DNA of 64,000 bases from Alphaproteobacteria bacterium. GTDB taxonomy: Bacteria > Pseudomonadota > Alphaproteobacteria > MPNO01. Below, one piece after another: positions 40,170-48,856 of the stretch. The notes beneath the pieces are model-generated. The model made no database searches, had not been told where the DNA came from, and saw nothing but the letters and a program-made list of their open reading frames with translations. The stretch spans positions 928,001-992,000 of the forward strand of contig CBDFLJ010000002.1 of NCBI GenBank assembly GCA_965248835.1, written 5' to 3'. How positions within the stretch are numbered: the first letter of the stretch is position 1; each line of letters begins with the position of its first letter. The position numbers and the translations under genes were made by a program.

Positions 40170-40287
40170 GATGCCGTCTCCTTGCCTCGCATGCGGTGTC
40201 TGAACGTATCACAGCGCCCCGCGCCCCGCCGCGTCAACCCGCCTTGGTGGTCGTTCCACCGCGAATTTCGTCGGCATATGATGCCGC

Positions 40288-41160
40288 ATGAGCCTCGCGC
40301 ATCGCGTTCGCAGCGTGCGCCTCGTCGGCAGCATCCCGCTGGAGAGCGCAGATGCGGTGTTCGATTTGGTGGGTTCCCGCCTCGGCGGGCTATGCGCCAG
40401 GATCCCCGACGGCGAGACCGGGGTTCGCCGCAACTGGATCGGCTGGCAGCTCGGCGTCTTTGCCCGGCAGGAGGCGCTGGAGCAGTCCGGAGAACGCGAA
40501 CGAGCCTACCAGCTCCATCCGCCGTTCGTGTTCAAGCCGGGTTTCGAAGCCGGCGATCTCGACTTCGGCGCGCTCGGCTTCAGCCGCGAGGCGATGCGGT
40601 CCTATGCCGTCTTCGCCGCCAGACAGCGGCGCGGAATCTTGCCGCCGGGCGCGCGGTTCCTGGTCGCTATCCCGACGCCTTTCGCTCCGGTCTATTCCTT
40701 CACCGGATACGCCATCCAGGAAGCGGTCTATCCGGTCTACGAAAGCGCGGTCCTCGCCGAGCTCGACCGAATCTGCGAGGCCATACCGCAGGAACGGCTC
40801 GCCATCCAATGGGATGTCGCGACCGAGATGAGCATCTTCGAAAACGTCTACAACGTGCCCTTCGAGGGCGCGTGGGACATCCTTATCGACCGGCTGGCCG
40901 CACTCGGAGACCGCGTGCCGGCGGGCGTGGAGATGGGGTACCACTTGTGCTACGGCAGCATGAACAACCGTCATTGGAAGGAGCCCGAGGATCTCCGGAT
41001 GTGCGTCACCGTCGCGAACGCGGTTGCCGCACGGCTTGCCCGGCCGATCCAGTTCCTGCACATGCCGGTGCCGGCGACGTCACCTTCGAGCCCGTCGGGC
41101 TCAGGCGGCTCGGCCAAGACATCGTCGTCTGGCGCAACGGCGAGGGCAAGGTCAACGTGA
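40288..41160 (+). pseudogene. MetE-like (cobalamin-independent methionine synthase fold) protein, C-terminally truncated
   Basis: LVGSIP, RIPDGETG.R..W, IQWDVATE and GYHLCYG motifs, then FLHMPVP followed by an abrupt Ser/Gly-rich out-of-family tail. Confidence 0.72.
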
Positions 41161-42050
41161 TCGCCGACCGCTGCCCGCACCGCGGCGCGCGCCTGTCGAA
41201 GGGTCGCGTCCTAGGCGGCGACATCGCTTGCCTCTATCACGGGCTCAGGCTGGACGGGAACGGCGTGATCACCGCGACCCCGCCGACCCCCGATTGCCCG
41301 TTCGTGGGCCGCAAGGCCGTGCGCAGCTATCCCTGCCGCGAGCTCCAGGGCGCGGTTTGGGCCTATTTCGGCGATCAAGATGACAAGGATCCGCCGGAGA
41401 TGATCCTGCCCGAGGAGTTCGCCTCAGAGGAATGGTCGTCCTTCCTTTTCAGCCAGGTCTGGGACTGCCCCTACCAGGCGGTGCTCGACAACCGGCTGGA
41501 TCCGATGCACGGCTCGTATCTGCATTCGGACAGCTACACCCTGGCTTACGGCAACAAGCAGGACCGGTTGCAGATCGCGCACACCGACAAGGGCTTCGTC
41601 GTCCGACGCGAGAACCAGATCGGCGTCAACATCGATCGGACCGAGCTGTTCCACCATCCGGACAACAACATCTGGATCCAGACCGAGATCCCGTATCCGG
41701 CCTCGGGCGGCGGCGGGTTTTTCCGGATCGGCGGGTTCGTGACGCCGATCGACCGGAAATCCTGCCTGTTCTGGGTGTTCCGCTCGCAGCGCTCGTCGGG
41801 CTGGCGCCGCGACCTGTGGCGGTTCCTCTACCGCAACCGGCTGGAACGGCGGCATCTCGACGTGCTCGACCAGGACCGCGAAATGCTGGAATCGATCCAC
41901 GACGACGCGCGCAACGACGAGTGGCTGCTCCAGACCGATGTCGGCATCACGCGCATGCGCCGCATCCTGCGACAGGTGGCCGAAAGCCAGTGCGCCGCCG
42001 CTGCCGCCGAAGCCGAAGCCGGTGGTCGAAGGATTCGCGGCTCGGGATGA
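41074..42050 (+). pseudogene. Rieske oxygenase alpha subunit lacking its N-terminus
   Basis: DVTFEPVGLRRLGQDIVVWR, CPHRG...CLYHG, DPMHGSYLH and LDQDR motifs. No GLRNxWY segment or native start. Paralog of 5555..6631. Confidence 0.8.
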
Positions 42051-42066
42051 GTGGGGAACCGCCGCG

Positions 42067-42903
42067 ATGACATTCGAAACGATAAAGTTCTCGCCGGCGC
42101 TCGGCGCGGAGATTCGCGGGATCGATCTGCGCCGGCCCCTGGATGCCGAAACCGTGGCCGCGCTGCGGGCAGCCTGGCTCGACCACCTGGTTCTGGTGTT
42201 CCGCGGCCAGGACCTCGACGAGGACGATCAGGCACGGTTCGCCGGTGCTTTCGGAACGCCCAGCGCGACCCAGAGACCCGACAAGCGCAGCGAGAAGCAC
42301 AACCCCGACCCGCGGATTCTGCTAATCACCAACATCCGCGAGGACGGCAAGCCGATCGGCTTTCTGCCGGACGGCGAACTGCAGTTCCACTCCGATTCGG
42401 CGTTTCTCGAACACCCGTTGATGGCGACCGTGCTCTACGCCGTCGCGATCCCGTCGCATGGCGGCAACACGCTGTTCGCCAACGCCTACATGGCCTTCGA
42501 GGCCTTGCCGCCGGCGCTGAAGCGCCGGCTGGACGGCCGAAAGGGGCACAACGTCTACGACTACACCACCCAGGTAAAGACCGGGAAGCTCGACCGAACC
42601 GGCTTGCCCCATGCCGTCCATCCGGTCATCCGCACCCACCCCGAGACCGGCGGCAAGGTCCTCTACGTCAACCGGCTGATGACCGAGGAGATCGACGGCA
42701 TGGCGCCCGAGGAAAGCACGGAGATCCTGGCCGCGCTGTTCGCGACCATCGAGCGCCCGGAATTCGTTTACGAGCACGTCTGGCGCCGTGGCGATCTGAT
42801 CATCTGGGACAACCGCTGCGTCCAGCACGCCCGGCGCGACTTCCCCGCCGACCAGACCCGCCTGATGCGCCGCATCGGCATCGCCGGCGATACGCCGCAT
42901 TGA
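42067..42903 (+). CDS. TauD/TfdA-family Fe(II)/2-oxoglutarate dioxygenase
   Basis: LGAEIRGIDL, FHSD (HxD), GGNTLFAN, HPVIRTHPETG and WDNRCVQHAR motifs. Confidence 0.93.
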   Translation: MTFETIKFSPALGAEIRGIDLRRPLDAETVAALRAAWLDHLVLVFRGQDLDEDDQARFAGAFGTPSATQRPDKRSEKHNPDPRILLITNIREDGKPIGFLPDGELQFHSDSAFLEHPLMATVLYAVAIPSHGGNTLFANAYMAFEALPPALKRRLDGRKGHNVYDYTTQVKTGKLDRTGLPHAVHPVIRTHPETGGKVLYVNRLMTEEIDGMAPEESTEILAALFATIERPEFVYEHVWRRGDLIIWDNRCVQHARRDFPADQTRLMRRIGIAGDTPH

Positions 42904-42910
42904 CGCGTGT

Positions 42911-44563
42911 TCAGGAGCCGTCGCCCGGCCCGGGCGGTGCGAGCCCGGCATTGACCTGCTCGGCGAGACGGCGCCGGTTGACCCGCATGGTCGGGCCGCG
43001 CGGAAAATCCGCGACCACCACCAGGCAGGCCGGGAACTTGTAGCGGGCGATTTCCCGGTCGCGGAGGAAGTCGACGATCTCCTCCAGCGTCACCTCGGCG
43101 CCCTGGCTGGGGATCACGCATAGGCAGGGAACCTCGCCCAGCGTCGGATCGGGGATGCCGATAACTGCGGTCTCGAGGATCTTGGGATGGTCGGCCAGGA
43201 TGTCTTCGAGCTCGAGCGGAAAGATATTGGCCCCGCCGCGGTTGATCATCTCCTTCATGCGCCCGATCAGCGTAACGTATCCGTGCGCGTCGATCGTCGC
43301 GATGTCGCCGGTCCGGAACCACCCGTCCGGACCCAGCGCGCCCCAGGCCTCCACCGTCCTCTCCGGGTCCCGGTAATAGCCCGAGCTGGTCGCGGCGCCG
43401 CGGACCAGCAATTCGCCCGGCGATCCCGGGGGCAGGGCGTCGCCCGCCGTATCGACGACCCGCACCTCGCCGCCCGGCACGACCTTGCCGACCGCCTCGC
43501 TGTGGCGGATCTGCGGCGGGTCCTCGACCGACATCTGGCCGAACGGACAAGCCTCCATCGCCCCGCCGGCCTTCACCAGGATGCACCCGAGCCGCTCTTC
43601 GGCCCGCTTGACGACCGCGGCCGGGATGCCGGCCGCGCCGGTGCGCACGATCCTGAGCGATCCGATGTCGTGGGCCTCGATCTCCGGCGAGTCGACCAGC
43701 CGGGCGACGATGGCCGGGGCGGTCATGACCGCCGTGATGCGCTCCCGCTCGATCAGGGAAAGCATGGTCTGCGGGCCGAAGCCGTCGCTCAGGACGAGCG
43801 CGGCGCCGCTGACAATCCAGGCGGCCCAGGCGTGGTAGCCGGGGCCGCCCGACAGGGGCGCGAAGCAGCCGATGGTGTCCCGGTGGTCCAGACGCATGCG
43901 CTCGGCCGCGCCGCGGCCCCACAGAAGCTCCTGCTGTTCGGGCCGCTCGACGAGCTTCGGCGTGCCGGTGCTGCCGCTGGTGACGACGAGCTTGGTGACC
44001 TCGAACGGCCCGAACCGCTTCTCGGCGGAAGGCTCCGGGCCGAGGGCGGCGTCCTCGAGCGCGATATGCACGCAGTCATCGGCATCGATCGTGGGCCCGA
44101 GGACGAGGATCTGCAATTCCGGCGCGCCCCGCCGGAGCGCCCTGGCGAGCCCCAGCGTATCGGTGTCGCGAAACCGTTCCGGCACCAGGATAGCGTCGGG
44201 CCGAAGGACCTCGATCACCGCTTCCAGCTCGCCGCGGCGCCATACCACTGGGACATAGACGCCCAGCAGCCCAACCCGCTTGAGCGCCAGGCGGACCAGG
44301 CAGCTTTCCGCGGTGTTATGGAGCTGGACGACCACCGGCGTGTCCCGTTCCAGGCCCAGCCGGTCGAGCTGGCGCGCCATGCTTGCCACCGCAGCGCGCG
44401 CCGCGGCCCATGTCAGCCGCCTGTGGGGGTCGACGAGCGCGACATCGTCCGGGCGCGCTTCGGCATGCCGATCCAGGATGTCGAGCGTCGTCTCATGCCG
44501 CCAGAACCCCTGCCGGACATAGGCTTCGATCATCTCGGGCGTGAAACGCGTGGGCTGGGACAT
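42911..44563 (-). CDS. AMP-ligase / acyl-CoA synthetase (ANL superfamily)
   Basis: TSGSTGTPK, WFRTGD and GRMKEMINRGG motifs. Start MSQPTRF at 44563. Confidence 0.88.
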   Translation of the reverse strand: MSQPTRFTPEMIEAYVRQGFWRHETTLDILDRHAEARPDDVALVDPHRRLTWAAARAAVASMARQLDRLGLERDTPVVVQLHNTAESCLVRLALKRVGLLGVYVPVVWRRGELEAVIEVLRPDAILVPERFRDTDTLGLARALRRGAPELQILVLGPTIDADDCVHIALEDAALGPEPSAEKRFGPFEVTKLVVTSGSTGTPKLVERPEQQELLWGRGAAERMRLDHRDTIGCFAPLSGGPGYHAWAAWIVSGAALVLSDGFGPQTMLSLIERERITAVMTAPAIVARLVDSPEIEAHDIGSLRIVRTGAAGIPAAVVKRAEERLGCILVKAGGAMEACPFGQMSVEDPPQIRHSEAVGKVVPGGEVRVVDTAGDALPPGSPGELLVRGAATSSGYYRDPERTVEAWGALGPDGWFRTGDIATIDAHGYVTLIGRMKEMINRGGANIFPLELEDILADHPKILETAVIGIPDPTLGEVPCLCVIPSQGAEVTLEEIVDFLRDREIARYKFPACLVVVADFPRGPTMRVNRRRLAEQVNAGLAPPGPGDGS

Positions 44564-44597
44564 CGGCGATACGCGGCGGCGCGGCGGCCTCAGCCGG

Positions 44598-44858
44598 TCA
44601 GATCCGCGGCTCGAAGTGGCATGTCCGCTCCAGCCGCCGCAACAGCGCCTGCCTTTCCTCTTCGGTGTAGCGGCGCGGCTGGACGAAGATGGCATCGACC
44701 GGGCAATCGAACTCGCACAGGAAACATCCCTGGCAGTCCTCGGCGTATTTGACCCGGGCCTTGCCGGCGTCCATGCGGATCACGTCGGTCGGGCAGGAGT
44801 CCACACAGGCGCCGCAGCCCGTGCACACCCTGTCGTCGATCCTGACCTCAACATGCAT
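44598..44858 (-). CDS. 2x[4Fe-4S] ferredoxin (AprB-like)
   Basis: CTGCGACVDSCP and CQGCFLCEFDCP motifs. Confidence 0.92.
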   Translation of the reverse strand: MHVEVRIDDRVCTGCGACVDSCPTDVIRMDAGKARVKYAEDCQGCFLCEFDCPVDAIFVQPRRYTEEERQALLRRLERTCHFEPRI

Positions 44859-44863
44859 CGCGG

Positions 44864-46579
44864 TCAGCTCCTGAAGAACGGATGCAGGACCTTGGTGCGA
44901 TCCGGTATCCGGTGATGCTCATCGGCCGGGATGGGTTCCTCGAACAGGTCGAGCGCGCCGTTCCCGCCGACCCGCGCGAAGGTGTATTTGAGCCAGTCCT
45001 GGTTATCCATATAGGGAAAGTCCTCGCGCAGCACGTTGCCGCGGCTCTCCGTCCGCCGCTGGACGACGTGCAGCGAGATCTCCATGCATTGCAGGAAATT
45101 GCCCATGCCGAGGACCTTCGCGAGGTCGTGCGGCTCCGACGCCTTCATGCCCGGGACCAGCCGGCGGCGGATGTCCTGGACCTTGGCGATGACGGTCTCG
45201 AGCCGTTCGGCGTTCAGGATCTCGGTGATGTCGGTCCCGTAGAGCCCTTCGAGCGCGTCCCTTGTGGTCGCGAAGCTCGTTCCCTCGGCGCGCGCCATCG
45301 GTTCCAGCGTGCGGTGCGCAAGCCGATCGACCTGCTCTTCCGGTGCCTGGATCTCCGCCGTCGCCTTGGCCGCTTCGCTCGCCGCGCGGCCGGCATACCA
45401 GCCGCCGACCGCGCAGAGGTTGAGCGCCTGGGCGAGACCCATGAACGCCCCGTCGGACGTGTTGCCCGCGGCATACAGGCCGGGGATCGTCGTCGCGCCG
45501 GTCTCGGCGACACGGATTCCGGCGCCGCCGAGCGTCCCGCTCTGGAACGGCAGCATGGTCACGAACGGCACCGGATCGCGGCTCGGGTCGTAGCCCGCCC
45601 GCTCATAGGTGTTGAGCACGATCGGGACGACCTGCTTGTAGAGCCTGAGGTCCTCCGGGCTGAGCCTTGTGGCGTCCTTGTAGATCGGCCCACGGCCGGC
45701 GCCGTATTCGCGGATCACCTCGCGGGCGAGACGGTAGCGGCGGATGCGGTCGCCGCCGGCGATCTCCTCGCCGTTGCCGTTGATGAAGCGGACGCCCAGC
45801 CCGGCCCCCATCTCCAGCCCCGGCGCGGAGAAGAACTCCGCCGGGATGACGCCCCAGCCGGCCAGGAACTCCATCTTGGAAAGCTGCGCCCCTGCGCGGT
45901 AGGCCGCGGCCACGCCATCGCCGGTGCAGTTGATGGGCATGCCGTGGAAGCCCGCGCCGGCCTTGGGATAGGGGATGTGCACCGGGCCGGTGCACAGGAT
46001 CGTCGTCTTGGCGCGGATGACGTGGAGCGCGCCTTCGATGACATCGAAACCGACCGCGCCGACCACCCGCCCGCCGGTCGGGTGCTGGCCGTCGGAGGTC
46101 AGCAGCTCGGTCACCATCACGCGGTTGATGACCTCGACTCCGCGGCGCAGAGTTTCGTTGCGCAGCGCCATCATGAACTGCGGGCCGCCCTCGGCCATCA
46201 TCGCATTGACCGGGAACAGCGGGCCGACGGCCATGTCGACCCGCTGGATCCTGCCCGCATCCTTGATCCACTTGACCCCCCACCGGTCCATCAGCTGGAG
46301 CAGTTCGCCGGTGACCTTGATGCCCTGGCGCAGCGCGGTGATGTTGACCATCGGGTTGGTATGGGCCTTCACCCACCGGTCGAGGTCGTCGCCTTCCATG
46401 TAGGCCTGGAAGACCCCCGATGCGACGGAGCTGGTGCCGCTCCGGCCGTAGAAGCCCTTGTCGACCAGCAGCACCCGGCCGCCCGCCTCGCTGGCCTTTA
46501 TGGCCGCGCAGGCGGCCGCGACGCCGCCGCCCACGACAAGGACGTCGGCAGCATGCTCATGCGCAGTGGGGATCGCCAA
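44864..46579 (-). CDS. FAD flavoprotein of the AprA/SdhA/NadB superfamily
   Basis: DVLVVGGG, DKG..GRSG, CTGDG...AYRAGA....MEF, TTIPGLYAAG and RTESRG...REDFP motifs. Confidence 0.87.
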   Translation of the reverse strand: MAIPTAHEHAADVLVVGGGVAAACAAIKASEAGGRVLLVDKGFYGRSGTSSVASGVFQAYMEGDDLDRWVKAHTNPMVNITALRQGIKVTGELLQLMDRWGVKWIKDAGRIQRVDMAVGPLFPVNAMMAEGGPQFMMALRNETLRRGVEVINRVMVTELLTSDGQHPTGGRVVGAVGFDVIEGALHVIRAKTTILCTGPVHIPYPKAGAGFHGMPINCTGDGVAAAYRAGAQLSKMEFLAGWGVIPAEFFSAPGLEMGAGLGVRFINGNGEEIAGGDRIRRYRLAREVIREYGAGRGPIYKDATRLSPEDLRLYKQVVPIVLNTYERAGYDPSRDPVPFVTMLPFQSGTLGGAGIRVAETGATTIPGLYAAGNTSDGAFMGLAQALNLCAVGGWYAGRAASEAAKATAEIQAPEEQVDRLAHRTLEPMARAEGTSFATTRDALEGLYGTDITEILNAERLETVIAKVQDIRRRLVPGMKASEPHDLAKVLGMGNFLQCMEISLHVVQRRTESRGNVLREDFPYMDNQDWLKYTFARVGGNGALDLFEEPIPADEHHRIPDRTKVLHPFFRS

Positions 46580-46846
46580 GCTTCCGTATCCTCGGTTAGG
46601 CCTTCGCGGCGAGGAGCCTATCCGGTTTGTGCAATCGATAACAGCCGCCCGCCCGCCGCCGCCCGCGCTTGCGCCGGATCGAGTCGGACAGTGGCGTCAA
46701 CCAGCCTTCCACGGAGACCAGATTGTAGAATATGCGTCAACAGATTTCCGATATTCAGGGGAGCGTTGAAGGAGATTTCGAAGTCCAGGAAAGACTGCCC
46801 GCCGGATAGGATGCTCATCCCGTTTTTTGCGGTGCGATCACGCATC

Positions 46847-47344
46847 TCATTTGACCGGTATTTCACTGCAATGGCTGTGCCCATGCTTACCCTGCACGAT
46901 CTCGCGGATCGTTTTGGCGGTTTTCGCCTGTTTGGGGAAACGCACCATGGTTTCGAACGCTGTCAGATCGATCCATTTGAAATCGACGTGCAAATCCGAC
47001 TCGACCGTGACGGCTTTACTTTCGAGCTGGCAGGCCGCGCTCGGAACGAGCATGACCGTATCGTAATGGGCATCGAAATAGGTATTCACCGAGTCCAGGG
47101 CAAAAACCCGCACCGGGCGTTGACCGGTCTTTTCTGTCGGCTGTCGGACAAAGGCTTCGCTGAATTTTTCGCCTTCCCATATTTTGCCGGACACCGGCTG
47201 CCAGACGTCCGGTAGAACGATGTCGGGACGTCGTTTCAGGAGCAGGAATTCCATATCGCCGTCTGGGGCGACAAAATACGGATAGACATCAACATACAAC
47301 AGACCCGCCAGCCTAAGTCGGGACAGAAATTGATCAATTGACAT
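46847..47344 (-). CDS. NUDIX hydrolase (NudB/NtpA-like) with a degenerate Nudix box
   Basis: GGAGG RBS; FLLLKR, WQPVSGKIWEGE...AFVRQPTEKTG and LHVDFKW motifs. Lower GC. Confidence 0.78.
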   Translation of the reverse strand: MSIDQFLSRLRLAGLLYVDVYPYFVAPDGDMEFLLLKRRPDIVLPDVWQPVSGKIWEGEKFSEAFVRQPTEKTGQRPVRVFALDSVNTYFDAHYDTVMLVPSAACQLESKAVTVESDLHVDFKWIDLTAFETMVRFPKQAKTAKTIREIVQGKHGHSHCSEIPVK

Positions 47345-47719
47345 GAATGACCTCCGTCTTCAACGTTTTCTGGGCAAACATACCGAGGAGTGACATCGGG
47401 ACATCACAAGATTCTCTCGGATGTCAGGAACGGCGGATTTGAAATCGTTGCATATCTGCAGTCTCCGAAACTTGTGGGGAATACGGCGCCTTCGGCGAAC
47501 TTGAAAGAGGATCCGTCCTCGAGACGAAACCGCACGCCGTCTTTCATGACGGATTGGACTTCCACGAATTGTTCGTCGACCTGCCCGAAGACGGGATCGT
47601 TGATTGTGAAGCGCACGCGGTCGCCGCGCTCAATGCACGCGCCGAGCCGTTCTCATTCCCTGGTTTCTCGGCGGCGGATTGCGGCGGCGGTCAAGAAGGA
47701 GATCGCCGACCGATCTGCG

Positions 47720-48100
47720 TTAGGGCAGCAGCGCTTTGTCCAGGAAGAAGAGCCCGGTCAGATAGGAGCGGACCGAGATCAGGCCGTTCGCGTTGTCGAC
47801 GACCTCGGAGTTGATCTGATCGCGCGCGAGCATCGTCCGGAGAACCGATGTCATGATCGCCGAATCGGCCTTCAACCCGGCGAGAAAGGCCGAAGCCTCG
47901 CCCCCGGCACCCGACAGCGCGTCGAGATCCTCGACGATGGCGGTCACGGCCGCTTCGAACTGGACCAGAAACGTCCTGATATGCGCCCCGTCGGCGCCGG
48001 CGCCTTCGTCGCTGCGGCCCTGGGCGGCATAGGCGAGCATGAACTCATAGGCTTCCTCGATCCTCTCGATATGCGCCCGGATGGCGTCCGGATCGCTCAT
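47720..48100 (-). CDS. Hypothetical helical protein, last gene of the periplasmic Mo-enzyme operon
   Basis: ATGA overlap with the cytochrome b gene; IERIEEAYEFMLAYAAQG...VDNAN...VRSYLTGLFFLD; codon usage matches the host. Confidence 0.75.
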   Translation of the reverse strand: MSDPDAIRAHIERIEEAYEFMLAYAAQGRSDEGAGADGAHIRTFLVQFEAAVTAIVEDLDALSGAGGEASAFLAGLKADSAIMTSVLRTMLARDQINSEVVDNANGLISVRSYLTGLFFLDKALLP

Positions 48101-48690
48101 GCGCCCGGCTCCGGCATGCGTCCGGAGTTCGCAGTTTCGCGGCCCAGCACCATGGCCGCAAGCAGCCGCCGATGCTCGGGCAAAAACGCGAAATAGACAT
48201 GCAGGATGAAGAAGAAGATCAATAGCATCGATGCAGCACCGTGACAGACATAGACCAGCCCCCAGTCCCCATCGGAGAGAATCGACGGATCGCGGCGCCA
48301 CAACGGCGTATCGATCTTGGCAAGCATGATGCCGCCGGTTACCACCAGGACCAGGACCACCGCCGCGACCGACCAGTGGTAGAGCTTCTGGTTGAGGTCG
48401 TATTTGGCCGCGCCGTCTTCGGGCTCCCTCTTGAAGACCGTTCGCATGTCATCGCCCGTCGGCATCATGGTTCGGACGCCGTGCACCCAGACCGCCCGGT
48501 AGAGGTGAAAGAGGATCGCCAGCGTCAGCAAGACACCGGACATCCAGTGGATCGGAACCCAGTTGAAGCGGACGCCGAGGATCGGCAGGAACGCGGTTCC
48601 CAGCAGGACGATCACCAGCACCGCCATCGTCCAGTGGAACAGACGGTCCGGCCATTTGTGCCGAATGTCTTCAGCCGCGCTTCCCGACAT
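48097..48690 (-). CDS. Di-heme cytochrome b (FdnI/HyaC-like) membrane subunit
   Basis: Four transmembrane helices with His ligands: RLFHW, PIHW, KYDLNQKLYHW, VCHG, ILHVY. Confidence 0.87.
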   Translation of the reverse strand: MSGSAAEDIRHKWPDRLFHWTMAVLVIVLLGTAFLPILGVRFNWVPIHWMSGVLLTLAILFHLYRAVWVHGVRTMMPTGDDMRTVFKREPEDGAAKYDLNQKLYHWSVAAVVLVLVVTGGIMLAKIDTPLWRRDPSILSDGDWGLVYVCHGAASMLLIFFFILHVYFAFLPEHRRLLAAMVLGRETANSGRMPEPGA

Positions 48691-48705
48691 GGTTGCGAAG
48701 GTTTC

Positions 48706-48852
48706 TCAACTCCGCCAAAAGGCCAGCCGCAGGAGTTGATGCACCATGATCCAGGCGATCGCCGCCGCGACCGGGAGCCAAAGCAGGTCCCAGGACATCC
48801 CGAGCAGCATCTCCTGGCCCCAGACGTTCTTCGAGAAGCGAAAGACCTCCAT
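48706..48852 (-). CDS. 48-aa single-TM small protein, in frame with the cytochrome b
   Basis: Not in the ORF track: MEVFRFSKNVWGQEMLLGMSWDLLWLPVAAAIAWIMVHQLLRLAFWRS*. Fills the gap in the operon. Confidence 0.7.
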   Translation of the reverse strand: MEVFRFSKNVWGQEMLLGMSWDLLWLPVAAAIAWIMVHQLLRLAFWRS

Positions 48853-48856
48853 TCAT

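Noticed and set aside
39423-42050. 875-aa ORF read as a giant Rieske fusion
   Set aside because: Only the part after about 41074 is Rieske-like. The rest is antisense to the BNR gene or off-frame in the MetE-like gene.
44598-46579. Calling this a true dissimilatory APS reductase (aprAB) or succinate dehydrogenase
   Set aside because: The ferredoxin is short, there are no sat/qmo/dsr or SdhB/C/D genes, and the neighbours are oxygenases and a ligase.
48706-48708. Second selenocysteine codon
   Set aside because: No convincing SECIS hairpin, and the position is a linker with no redox motif.
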